A stretch of 64,000 nucleotides of DNA from a virus. Lineage: Duplodnaviria; Heunggongvirae; Uroviricota; Caudoviricetes. The translations under genes were made by a program, and so were the position numbers. The stretch is from IMG/VR virus record IMGVR_UViG_3300043410_000565, positions 92,236 through 156,235 of that record. The stretch is one strand, 5' to 3'. The notes under the pieces are model-generated. The model was given only the letters and a program-made list of their open reading frames with translations, was not told the DNA's origin and did no database searches. Below, piece after piece: positions 47,145 to 56,068 of the stretch; positions within the stretch are counted from its first letter, which is position 1; each line of letters starts with the position of its first letter.

Positions 47145-48518
47145 ATGAGTATTGATGCTGGCAGAAATGTAAAAGTTGTCGTATTAGAATCAAGCGAAGT
47201 AACACCTCGCCCAGATTTGGTTGGTACATGGTTGGATGAGAATCACTACCATACGTTGGTTGAGTCTGACATGGACTTGTACCTACCACCATCTTGCGCC
47301 ACTGATTTGTCTGATGTTAGTTGTAACAAAGAATGTGGTGGCTGTAAGTCTGCGTTGAACGAAAAGAACATCGTGTTCAAGTTCCGTAAGAACTACTTCA
47401 GTGATGAAATGGTTAAGTCTGCATACGAAGGTCTTCGCGATGCAGCTACTGAAACACAGAACCGTGGCACTGCCGCTGGTCCACGTGGTGAGAAGCTACA
47501 AGGTCGTGATTGGGTTACTGCATACCAATGGGACATCATTGATGCCTTCAAGAAGGGTGCTGGTAACTTACTCGGCGAAGACCCAATTGAAGTCATCCAA
47601 ACTAAATATGGCGAAAACCGTGACCAAGCGTCTAACCGTGCTCAAGTCTGGTTGCGCGACAGCGTTGACGAAGCTGGCTTCCATTTCGATGATTGGGTTG
47701 AAACTACTCGTCGTAAACCTGCAGCTGAAGCATCAGAAGATGCAGCTTGGGTTGAGAACAATCTAATCTCTAAGACTACTTACGCAAACCCAGTGAACTC
47801 TGGCATTGCTGGTTGGTATGATCGTTATCCACGTATCCCTTATGGTCGTGCTACATCTTACACTGAGAAGCAATTTGATAAGTTCAAGAAATCTTACCCA
47901 TACCTTCAGCATCTGTCTAAGGCATTCGCTGAATTGCTACCATGGCGTTATGGTAACCAGAAAGCTGCAGCTGATAAAGTTGATCAACGTTTCTTGGTTC
48001 CAAACACTCCATTCTCTACAATCACTGTTAACCGTAACTTCCGTACAGCTGCTCACTATGACCCAGCGAACATGGATGATGGCTTTGCTAACATTTGTGT
48101 ATTCAGTAACTCTGACTCTTATAGAGGTGCTTACCTTGTTTTCCCTGAAATTGGTTATGCTGTTAACATTCGTCCAGGTGACCTATTGTTTGTTAACAAT
48201 ATGGCTGGTCTACACGGCAATACTGAGTTGATCCTTGATGACCCTAATGCTGAGCGTATCTCTATCATTGCGTTCTTCCACGAAGGAATGTTGACTCTTG
48301 GTTCTATGGAGTATGAAAATGCTCGTCGTAAGTTTGTTGACCACTGCAAGAACGATGTGAACAACCCTCACTATCGTCCACGCTTCAACGGCGTGTATGC
48401 TGGTATGTGGGAAAGCCAAGAATGGTTTGACTTCTGTAAGAAAGAAGTTGGCGAAGCTGAAACAATTAAGATGCATCCAGAAGCTAACGCATCTTCACTT
48501 GATGAGTTCTTTGCCTAA
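47145..48518 (+). CDS. 2OG-Fe(II) dioxygenase (double-stranded beta-helix) with a Cys-rich N-terminal region, possibly TET/JBP-like
   Basis: HxD (AAHYD) ... H (GLHGNTE) ... RxS (ERISIIAFF) in a DSBH arrangement. N-terminal C..C...C..CGGC cluster. Confidence 0.6.
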   Translation: MSIDAGRNVKVVVLESSEVTPRPDLVGTWLDENHYHTLVESDMDLYLPPSCATDLSDVSCNKECGGCKSALNEKNIVFKFRKNYFSDEMVKSAYEGLRDAATETQNRGTAAGPRGEKLQGRDWVTAYQWDIIDAFKKGAGNLLGEDPIEVIQTKYGENRDQASNRAQVWLRDSVDEAGFHFDDWVETTRRKPAAEASEDAAWVENNLISKTTYANPVNSGIAGWYDRYPRIPYGRATSYTEKQFDKFKKSYPYLQHLSKAFAELLPWRYGNQKAAADKVDQRFLVPNTPFSTITVNRNFRTAAHYDPANMDDGFANICVFSNSDSYRGAYLVFPEIGYAVNIRPGDLLFVNNMAGLHGNTELILDDPNAERISIIAFFHEGMLTLGSMEYENARRKFVDHCKNDVNNPHYRPRFNGVYAGMWESQEWFDFCKKEVGEAETIKMHPEANASSLDEFFA

Positions 48519-49201
48519 TGTGTGCCGTAATTGGAGCCTTGATCAAAAGTCCTTCTAGCAAGGACTTCGAAGCCCTGAAGCGTGTGTTCGTCGAATCAAA
48601 GATTCGTGGTATGCATGCTACAGGCTTGGCTTACATTAAAGGTGGCGATGTTATCATTGATCGTAAACCTGTGCCAGCCGACCAGTTTCCATTCGACTTT
48701 CCTTCATATGTAAACGAGGATGGTAACTTATATCTAATCGGACACTGTCGTTATTCAACAAGTGATTTGGAGTTTAACCAACCTATTGGTAATGATGGTC
48801 ATGCTATTGTACACAATGGTGTTATCACTCAAGAGCTTCCAGAGAACTGGAAAGCCAAGTATGGTTATAACTGCCAAACCAGAAACGACAGCGAGTTGAT
48901 TCAACACTCTAATGACCCATTGGTTGAGTTTGATGATATGTCAATGGCTGTGTGTGAGATAACATCTTGTACAAAAGAACTTTTGGTTTATCGTAACGGT
49001 AAGCGACCATTATATTTGACTACTCTGTCAAATGGTAGTATAATTACTTCTACGGCTGATATTCCTAAACGTGCAGGTTTATACTTACCAACGATGGAAG
49101 TTCCAATGGATACATACATTACATTTGACTCAGCATTAACTATGAAACTACAACGTGTCATCACTGGACACAAGGATCTACAGAATGTACAACAAAAGTG
49201 A
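48518..49201 (+). CDS. Class-II (Ntn) glutamine amidotransferase
   Basis: N-terminal nucleophile MCAVIG, then GHCRYSTSD...NQP, HNGVITQ and DSELI motifs. Confidence 0.7.
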   Translation: MCAVIGALIKSPSSKDFEALKRVFVESKIRGMHATGLAYIKGGDVIIDRKPVPADQFPFDFPSYVNEDGNLYLIGHCRYSTSDLEFNQPIGNDGHAIVHNGVITQELPENWKAKYGYNCQTRNDSELIQHSNDPLVEFDDMSMAVCEITSCTKELLVYRNGKRPLYLTTLSNGSIITSTADIPKRAGLYLPTMEVPMDTYITFDSALTMKLQRVITGHKDLQNVQQK

Positions 49202-50057
49202 TTTTACATACGGTATGGAGATAGAGTGGGGAGATGTTCCCCGCTCTTTTTCAATTCCAGAGAACCTTGGTTCTTGGGAATACTCCGAGCGTGACATTAT
49301 CAATTTGCGTGCACCATATGCAAACGTGTGCGCTGACCCATTAGGTGTTGAACCGCCAATGGGTGGTGAGATTAACACTAAGCCAACTAGAACTTGGCAA
49401 GAACAAGTTGATCGTTACTTTGAACTGAAAGAGTTATTCAATGAACAAGGTCATGACCCAACTGTTGGTGTTACTGCTCACACCCATATTCATTGTCGGG
49501 TTCCACGCTTGCGTGATGATATTGATGCTTTGAAACGACTAACCAAGTACGTCAAAGAGAATCAAGCTGCAGCTATTGAACACGTCTATGGCTTCTTTGA
49601 GCATAACCAGATGAAGGGTGCCAAAGGTTCTAAGATGTATCTCAAGTTTGATGGTGGTCGCCCAATGCCTGATTACATGAGCGATAACATTATCAACCTA
49701 GCAACTGACTTTGATTCTTTCATCAAGATGCACGCTGCTGGTAAAGATGGAGTATCAATGGGTCGCCCATTCCGCTTTGCTATTAACATGTATGCGTTGA
49801 AACATATTGATACAGTTGAGTTCCGTTTGTTCCGTGGCACGTTAGATCGTACTGAATTGGAATCATGCTTCCGCTTTGTTGAAGACTTCCTTGACGCAGC
49901 TTTGAATGATGGTCCAAGCGTCAATGAACTTATCTCTGAAAGAGGTTACAAGTTCCCTCCAATGCAATGGGACTTGGCTCAGTTCATAGGCTGGGAGAAA
50001 ACTAAACACCCAGAAGAACGTGGTAAGAAAGTGAGAACATACGTTGAAGTTGAATAA
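49185..50057 (+). CDS. Amidoligase-like (glutamine-synthetase-fold, PF12224-like) protein. ATG 49185 is preferred.
   Basis: N-terminal GMEIEW (GxExE), GGEINT, HTHIHC and TVEFRLFRG are reminiscent of phage amidoligases. Always linked here to the GAT-II gene. Confidence 0.45.
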   Translation: MYNKSDFTYGMEIEWGDVPRSFSIPENLGSWEYSERDIINLRAPYANVCADPLGVEPPMGGEINTKPTRTWQEQVDRYFELKELFNEQGHDPTVGVTAHTHIHCRVPRLRDDIDALKRLTKYVKENQAAAIEHVYGFFEHNQMKGAKGSKMYLKFDGGRPMPDYMSDNIINLATDFDSFIKMHAAGKDGVSMGRPFRFAINMYALKHIDTVEFRLFRGTLDRTELESCFRFVEDFLDAALNDGPSVNELISERGYKFPPMQWDLAQFIGWEKTKHPEERGKKVRTYVEVE

Positions 50058-50595
50058 GTGTACTCGCGATCAGTTCATCAAAGCTATCTCTGATGACAAG
50101 GCTGACAAGTTTGCTAAGACTTTCGTGGCCAAAGCAGACATGCAGGATCAGTGGGATGATTGTATCGGTGCCTTCAATGAAGAAGGTGAACTGATGGCTG
50201 CTATCATCACCACTATTTCTAAGCGTAAACCTTTCGTTGCTAACCTACAACTCCTTCACACCTTTGCTAAACACAGAGGTCAGGGAGCAGCCAAAGCATT
50301 ATGTGAAGCATCCCTTCGTCATGTTAAAAGTAAGCAAGCGTTATACTTCCGTGTATCATCAGAACCAGAATCAGTTGGTTTCTATGAGAAGATTGGTTTC
50401 AAGTTCTGGGGTAAGCAAAAGTCTGGTTGCCAGTTGAGTATTTTCCGAATTGACGGTGATACCTTCTTCGAGGGAGACTACGACTATACAGACCAGATGA
50501 TCAACAATGCGATCCATAAGAAGGGTAAAGGTGGGTGTGTAGAGGTGTTTGACCTAGTTACGACCCAGCAACCCCTGACTCTAGAAGGGTTTTGA
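50044..50595 (+). CDS. GNAT-family acetyltransferase-like protein. The start is a non-ATG (TTG) and uncertain.
   Basis: Motif A-like HRGQGAAKALCEAS. 183-aa ORF. Confidence 0.5.
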   Translation: MKLNKCTRDQFIKAISDDKADKFAKTFVAKADMQDQWDDCIGAFNEEGELMAAIITTISKRKPFVANLQLLHTFAKHRGQGAAKALCEASLRHVKSKQALYFRVSSEPESVGFYEKIGFKFWGKQKSGCQLSIFRIDGDTFFEGDYDYTDQMINNAIHKKGKGGCVEVFDLVTTQQPLTLEGF

Positions 50596-50637
50596 GGGTA
50601 TTTACTTTTATTCAAGAATATAGTATAATATATCTAT
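50593..50637 (+). promoter_or_regulatory. Conserved early promoter P5 (GGTATTTACTTTTATTCAAGAATATAGTATAATATATCTAT)
   Basis: -35 TTTACT, 17-bp spacer, -10 TATAAT. The spacer TTTAATTCAGAAATAG of P4 appears here as TTTTATTCAAGAATATAG. Confidence 0.6.
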
Positions 50638-50656
50638 AACTTGAAAAGGATTTATT

Positions 50657-51958
50657 ATGACAGTTCCATATGCAGCGTTCGTTTACGGTTGGAGAAACAT
50701 TGAGAACGGCAAAATGTATATCGGATTCCGCAAGAGTTCGGAGATCTATGATGGATATGTAACATCATCCGCTGACGAAGAACTTCAAGCCGACTGGTCA
50801 TTCGGTATTCTCCACCGATCTATTCTTTTCCGTGGGACAGCTGAAGATGCTATCACCATGGAGCGCAAACTGCTCAAGCATATTGATGCTCGTCGCAATC
50901 CATTGTTCTATAATAAGTCGAACGGTGGAGGCGCAGGCATCCGCGATTACACTACAATCACTGATGAAGAAGCCAAAGTTGGTATTGATTGGATCAATGG
51001 TATTGACCCAATTGAAGTACACGATATGTACGACTTGGTTGATAACACCTTGGTTCTTGGAATCTTAGAAAGTATCAAAGCAGGAAAGTGGCAGCGTGTA
51101 GAGGTTCCAGTTAAGGAAATTGCGACTTATAAACAGAACCAAGTTCGATTGATGATGATTGATCACAATCACCGTAAAGAGATCGCAGCTTACATGATGG
51201 AAGACCCTGTCGAAGCCCGCAAACATATTTCTCCAATCATTGTGGTTGTTGATAATTATGGGGTTCGCTGGATTATTGACGGCAACCATACATCTGGTGC
51301 GGTTCAAGACGCAGGTTGGATCACTGCTCCCGTTATCTTTATCAACTCAAGTGAGTTCAATAACAAGCAGTCTAACATTGACCAGTTTGGTATCTTGGCG
51401 AACCACAACCCTAAAGTTAAGAAGGGTAACAAAGCAGAAGACTGCCAACGTGCTGTTATCAACTTGTATAATAACAACCTTGCTTCTTCTGATGATGGTG
51501 AACATACTATCTTCCGCAGTGAGAAGTTTAAGCAAACTTGCCTTGCTGTGTTTAAAGGTATTTGGACTAACAAGACAATCGTGTCTAACTTAGATAAAGC
51601 TATCAACCGTGTCCGCACAGAAAAGGCTATTGCTGATTTGAACTTTCAGTTGTACTCTAAGAAGGATCTTGACGCTATCGTTAAACCTATCCAACAAAGC
51701 AACCCCTCGTTGGCTGTTATTAGTGTAACTTCTGGTTCGGTATATAACTCTGGTATCGGTGGTATTCTTAATAAGATGGGTGGTCTTGATACTTGGGAAG
51801 GTGTTCTTGTGGTTCACCATAGTGGTATCAGTGAATATGAATCGTGGGCTGACTCTGAAACAAAATTGAAAGCAGCTATGAAGCGTGTTCACCCGAACTG
51901 TAAAATTAAATACGTCCTCTTGAATTCGTTCAAGAAACAAACTAAGATTAAGGTGTGA
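50657..51958 (+). CDS. GIY-YIG nuclease fused to a ParB/Srx-like domain, i.e. a Seg-like free-standing homing endonuclease candidate
   Basis: N-terminal FVYGWRNIENGKMYIGFRKSS (GIY-YIG) and central IIVVVDNYGVRWIIDGNHTSGAV (ParB-like DGxHR). RBS AAGGA. Confidence 0.6.
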   Translation: MTVPYAAFVYGWRNIENGKMYIGFRKSSEIYDGYVTSSADEELQADWSFGILHRSILFRGTAEDAITMERKLLKHIDARRNPLFYNKSNGGGAGIRDYTTITDEEAKVGIDWINGIDPIEVHDMYDLVDNTLVLGILESIKAGKWQRVEVPVKEIATYKQNQVRLMMIDHNHRKEIAAYMMEDPVEARKHISPIIVVVDNYGVRWIIDGNHTSGAVQDAGWITAPVIFINSSEFNNKQSNIDQFGILANHNPKVKKGNKAEDCQRAVINLYNNNLASSDDGEHTIFRSEKFKQTCLAVFKGIWTNKTIVSNLDKAINRVRTEKAIADLNFQLYSKKDLDAIVKPIQQSNPSLAVISVTSGSVYNSGIGGILNKMGGLDTWEGVLVVHHSGISEYESWADSETKLKAAMKRVHPNCKIKYVLLNSFKKQTKIKV

Positions 51959-52977
51959 TGGATTACAGACTAAAAGAAAACAGAAGAGAAGCCTTTATCC
52001 GCTGGTACGCATGGTCATTAAAATACGATGACTGTGACCCAGCGGTTTGGGCTACGAACTATCTACACAATCGCTATGAACATAATGACGAAGAACGAAT
52101 TTGGTTTGCGTGGTTATATGGTAACACATATCAACTACCAACTGCTTGGGTTCTTAAGAATGAGTTCCCTGACTTTGAACTAGCCACAGTTGACCGTATC
52201 ACTCAATGGAATACTGCTAACTACAAACGTCTACGATATCAAACTGACACGAAGTGGAACAAAGGTCACTTACCTGCCATGTTTGAGTCATATCAAAACT
52301 TTATTGGAAACAGGACACAACGTGAAACACTCGAATCGTACTACGTCGGTAATGCTATGGAAAACTTTGATGCTCTGTGGAGCGTTCTTAAATCAAGGCT
52401 TCATAAGTTTGGTCGTTATTCTACTTGGTTCTATATGCAGCATCTTAAGCACACTGCTGGTATTAACATTGAGCCTAGTTCTCTTATGTTGGATGATTAT
52501 GATGGTTCCCGTTCTCATCGTAATGGATTACTTTTTGCCGCTGGGCGTGATGACGATGTTGATCGAAAACTCACTGGAAGCGAGTATGCAGACCTTGAAA
52601 GATTTGGCGAGGGAATCAGGGTTGAAATGCTAGACAGGTTCCCTGAACTTGCAGATCAGATTGACTTCTTCACTATGGAAACCTGCCTATGTTCTTTCAA
52701 GAAAATCTTTAGAGCAAAGCACGGTCGTTATCTTGGTTATTACTTAGACCGTCAAGCTGAAGAGATTATCAAAGCTGAAGGTGATGGATGGTATGGTATT
52801 GATTGGGACGTTATGTGGCAATCAAGAAACGAAACTATTGACCTTCGCTTAGATCACAAGAATGGTATCATCAAAGAAAAGTTTACTTATTTCCTGAACT
52901 CAGGTAAAATAGATAACTTAGAGTGGATGTTTGACGATGAAGAAAAACCCTTAATGGGATTGGAGAATTTTATATGA
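51958..52977 (+). CDS. Hypothetical protein (340 aa)
   Basis: ORF with a TGATG junction. Trp/Tyr-rich. Confidence 0.5.
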   Translation: MDYRLKENRREAFIRWYAWSLKYDDCDPAVWATNYLHNRYEHNDEERIWFAWLYGNTYQLPTAWVLKNEFPDFELATVDRITQWNTANYKRLRYQTDTKWNKGHLPAMFESYQNFIGNRTQRETLESYYVGNAMENFDALWSVLKSRLHKFGRYSTWFYMQHLKHTAGINIEPSSLMLDDYDGSRSHRNGLLFAAGRDDDVDRKLTGSEYADLERFGEGIRVEMLDRFPELADQIDFFTMETCLCSFKKIFRAKHGRYLGYYLDRQAEEIIKAEGDGWYGIDWDVMWQSRNETIDLRLDHKNGIIKEKFTYFLNSGKIDNLEWMFDDEEKPLMGLENFI

Positions 52978-53399
52978 ACCCAGATGATGTATTGGACATA
53001 GATATTAGCGGCTTGAGGATTAATGCTGGTAGTATCAGCGGACTAACCCCAGCGCCGATATTACCAAACAGTTGGAGTGCGTCTAATGTTACAGCTGCTG
53101 CAACTCCGCTGCCAAAGATTACACGCACGGTAGATGAGATTATGGATGAACATAGCCTCAACCGTATCGCTGTTGACCATAAGGTAACTGCTCAAGAATT
53201 ACTGAAGCTGCAGGAAGTTGCCCCTGATTATGCTTCTGAGATTAAAGAGAACATCGCTAAGAACTTAGCACGTGATATTGCTAAGAAGGTTATGTTCAAA
53301 AAGAAACACGACAAAGATGCTGACGTTCATCACTTCATTGGTCGTGTTTGGGTATTCACTGATGAAGAATTGAAAGAGCTACTACAAAATGTTCATTGA
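52974..53399 (+). CDS. Hypothetical protein
   Basis: 141-aa ORF with an ATGA overlap. Confidence 0.45.
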   Translation: MNPDDVLDIDISGLRINAGSISGLTPAPILPNSWSASNVTAAATPLPKITRTVDEIMDEHSLNRIAVDHKVTAQELLKLQEVAPDYASEIKENIAKNLARDIAKKVMFKKKHDKDADVHHFIGRVWVFTDEELKELLQNVH

Positions 53400-53994
53400 A
53401 AAAATTAAAGCCAATGATGAGATTAATATTCAACTCATCCGCAACGAGAAGAAAGTCCGTAAGCTGATTGCCGTTGGTGGTAGTCCAGGGACTGGTAAGA
53501 CCACATTGTTCCGTAAGTATATGGAAAGTAAAGTATTCCAACCAGTTGAGCCAGCCAAGCTAGTTTCAGCCATGTATAATACTGAGCGTGACCTATACAT
53601 TCTTGGTAAGTATGAAGAAGGTGAAGTGTTCGCTGGCACTGACCGTCTTTCTATGGCAGTTCAGCCAGCTATGCAGGAATGGATTGCTTCCCATAACTGT
53701 AACGTCTTGTTTGAGGGTGACCGAATCTTCAACCAGTCTTTCCTAGAATTCGCTATGGGTCTGCCCGATACCGAGCTTCATATCGTATTCCTGAACGCAC
53801 CTAAGACCGTATTAGAACAACGATACCAAGACCGTGGCTCCGACCAGTCTGAACAATTCCTAAGAGGTCGAGAAACTAAATATAGTAATCTGTTATCGAA
53901 CTTTGACTTGATGCCTTATATTACTGAGTTTGCGAATACTAACTTAGAGGAACAAGCGAAAGTCTTAGCCTTCCTAGAGGGTAAATTAGGATAA
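53389..53994 (+). CDS. P-loop nucleotide/nucleic-acid kinase
   Basis: Walker A VGGSPGTGKTTL and a Walker B-like LFEGD. 201 aa. Confidence 0.6.
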   Translation: MFIEKIKANDEINIQLIRNEKKVRKLIAVGGSPGTGKTTLFRKYMESKVFQPVEPAKLVSAMYNTERDLYILGKYEEGEVFAGTDRLSMAVQPAMQEWIASHNCNVLFEGDRIFNQSFLEFAMGLPDTELHIVFLNAPKTVLEQRYQDRGSDQSEQFLRGRETKYSNLLSNFDLMPYITEFANTNLEEQAKVLAFLEGKLG

Positions 53995-54019
53995 GGATTA
54001 GGCTTTCTAGGAGGTCATT

Positions 54020-54721
54020 ATGCGTTTCCTAGAACAATCCGACTTTAACTGGATGGAGTTACTCAACTTCTATGAGCCTCCATTTAGAGCTAAACTCAAC
54101 CCATCAAAAATTTGGAGAGACCTAGACGAGTATGAAAATGACTCAGTCGGTCTCTCCAACTACTTTAAGAAGTGGAGAACTAAAGTAGAGTTCAGAGAAC
54201 CAATGCGCAAGTCATGGCGCAAAAGTGTTGCTGTGGGTGGTGAGTATGCCCCAGATGAACGCCAATGCTGCATACAAATATACGCAGTAAACTTTGACAA
54301 ACATGAGTTCACTATGCAGACTTGGAACCGATTCAAGTACCGTGTTATTCAAACCCTTATGCATGAGATGATCCACTTCATGCAGTACGACCGTCGCTAC
54401 GACGAGTCAAGTAATTATGTCCTACCACACAAGAAGGTTGGTCATTCACTCAAAGATGCCGAGCGTGCATACTTATCTGAGTTCGATGAGATTCAAGCAT
54501 ACGCTCACTGTGTATATCTAGACCTGAAGGTTAATCACCCATCTAGAGAAGTTTCTGAATTCTTATCCATGCCAAAACTTAAAACTAGATGTCCATCTAG
54601 CACTCTTAAGTATATCCTAAAAACTTTCAACTACGACAGTAGGAATAACAAAGCCATTCATAAGCTGTTCCAGCAGATAATGAAGTGGGATAGAAAGTAT
54701 AAACTAAATAGTCAGTATTAG
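54020..54721 (+). CDS. SprT-like / HExxH zinc metallopeptidase-like protein
   Basis: TLMHEMIHFMQYD (HExxH). RBS GGAGG. Confidence 0.5.
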   Translation: MRFLEQSDFNWMELLNFYEPPFRAKLNPSKIWRDLDEYENDSVGLSNYFKKWRTKVEFREPMRKSWRKSVAVGGEYAPDERQCCIQIYAVNFDKHEFTMQTWNRFKYRVIQTLMHEMIHFMQYDRRYDESSNYVLPHKKVGHSLKDAERAYLSEFDEIQAYAHCVYLDLKVNHPSREVSEFLSMPKLKTRCPSSTLKYILKTFNYDSRNNKAIHKLFQQIMKWDRKYKLNSQY

Positions 54722-54735
54722 TTAAGGATTTATTA

Positions 54736-56058
54736 ATGGCAAAACTGACTGTTAAAGATTTTAAAGGTAAGCACGGTGAAACCCGTATCATTGCCTTGCT
54801 AGAAAAATTAATTGAAGGCTCTAAGTCACCATTCACCACATCTGATGGTAAACTACAACCATTCAATCGTATTTCATATCCAGACCCTCGTACTGGTAAA
54901 TTAGTTTCTAAGAATGCAGTTGATATGGCTGACTCGGCAGACATCGCTGCAGTTATTCGCGCAGGTTCAGTTTCATTTAAACAAATCAACTTAACATATG
55001 AACGAAACGGGCAGGTTTCTGCTCTGATGCCTTTAAGCGAAATTATGAAAACCGAAGACTTCGGTGGCAAGAGTAACCGTGGGGATATGGCTGAGATTAT
55101 CTTCAGCGCTGCCATTGCTTGTCGTTTCTTAAATAAGAACCAAGCAGTTATTGATGGTGACGTTATTGAGATGATCAAGATGTTGAACGACACTGATAAG
55201 AAACAAATTATTGGTCCACTAAAATCTCCAAATAAAGAACCAAAGATCGTTGATGATTTGTATTGGGAAATTAACTCAGCTTTGATCAACGTTAAAGCAT
55301 TAAAGAATCCACGCCACCTTAATAGTTTAAAGGGTATCATTCGTTCAAGCGTCAAGTATGCTAACTCATCTACTGTGGCAAACAACGCGAAGATTGTTTA
55401 CGAAAACAGTTTGTATAACAGAATTGATGTTAAAGCAGTTGGTACTGTAGCCCAGAACGACACGAAGGTTGACGTTTACGTTCTCATTGACAATAAGAAG
55501 ATTGATATTAACGTATCCTTAAAAGCTGCTGGAGCAAAACAGTTTGGTCAAGTTGGTGGTGGTGGTTTAGATAAACAAAAAGTCTTATGGGCTTCCTTAC
55601 TAGACCTGAAGGTATCACCTGCGCTTGAAAAGAAGTATTACGTTACATTAAAAACTGACGGGTTGATTGCTGCAAATACTGAAGTGTATAAAGGTATGAC
55701 TGCAGAGTTCAATCATAAGATGACATCAAACCGAGAAGCGTTGTATACTAGCCTTTCTGACGGTATCATATTCTTTGGGACTCGTAACGATCCAACCGTG
55801 GATATGGTTAACCTATCAAACAAGGAAGCCATGATCTATAAATTTGGCAATCTATCCCAAGCGCTGAGGTTAAAGAACAGAGAACTTAAAGCTGTGTTCG
55901 TTTCAAATAAAACAAAACCAGAAGTCAGAATTCAAGACTCCAAGACTGGGGCTATCCTTATTACTGTACGACTGAAGGGTGAAACCAAAAACAACTACGT
56001 CAGACATTACATTGAAAAAGGTAAATTGATGACAGAACTAATCGCTCTCGTAGCCTAA
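54736..56058 (+). CDS. Hypothetical protein (440 aa), possibly nuclease-like
   Basis: Long ORF with RBS AAGGA. It overlaps a minus-strand ORF that I treat as spurious. Confidence 0.5.
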   Translation: MAKLTVKDFKGKHGETRIIALLEKLIEGSKSPFTTSDGKLQPFNRISYPDPRTGKLVSKNAVDMADSADIAAVIRAGSVSFKQINLTYERNGQVSALMPLSEIMKTEDFGGKSNRGDMAEIIFSAAIACRFLNKNQAVIDGDVIEMIKMLNDTDKKQIIGPLKSPNKEPKIVDDLYWEINSALINVKALKNPRHLNSLKGIIRSSVKYANSSTVANNAKIVYENSLYNRIDVKAVGTVAQNDTKVDVYVLIDNKKIDINVSLKAAGAKQFGQVGGGGLDKQKVLWASLLDLKVSPALEKKYYVTLKTDGLIAANTEVYKGMTAEFNHKMTSNREALYTSLSDGIIFFGTRNDPTVDMVNLSNKEAMIYKFGNLSQALRLKNRELKAVFVSNKTKPEVRIQDSKTGAILITVRLKGETKNNYVRHYIEKGKLMTELIALVA

Positions 56059-56068
56059 ATATACCAAT

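Noticed and set aside
54627-55385. 252-aa minus-strand ORF overlapping the 54736..56058 gene
   Set aside because: The + strand ORF is longer, has a good RBS (AAGGA) and fits the uniform + strand operon structure. The minus ORF lacks a start context and is treated as spurious.
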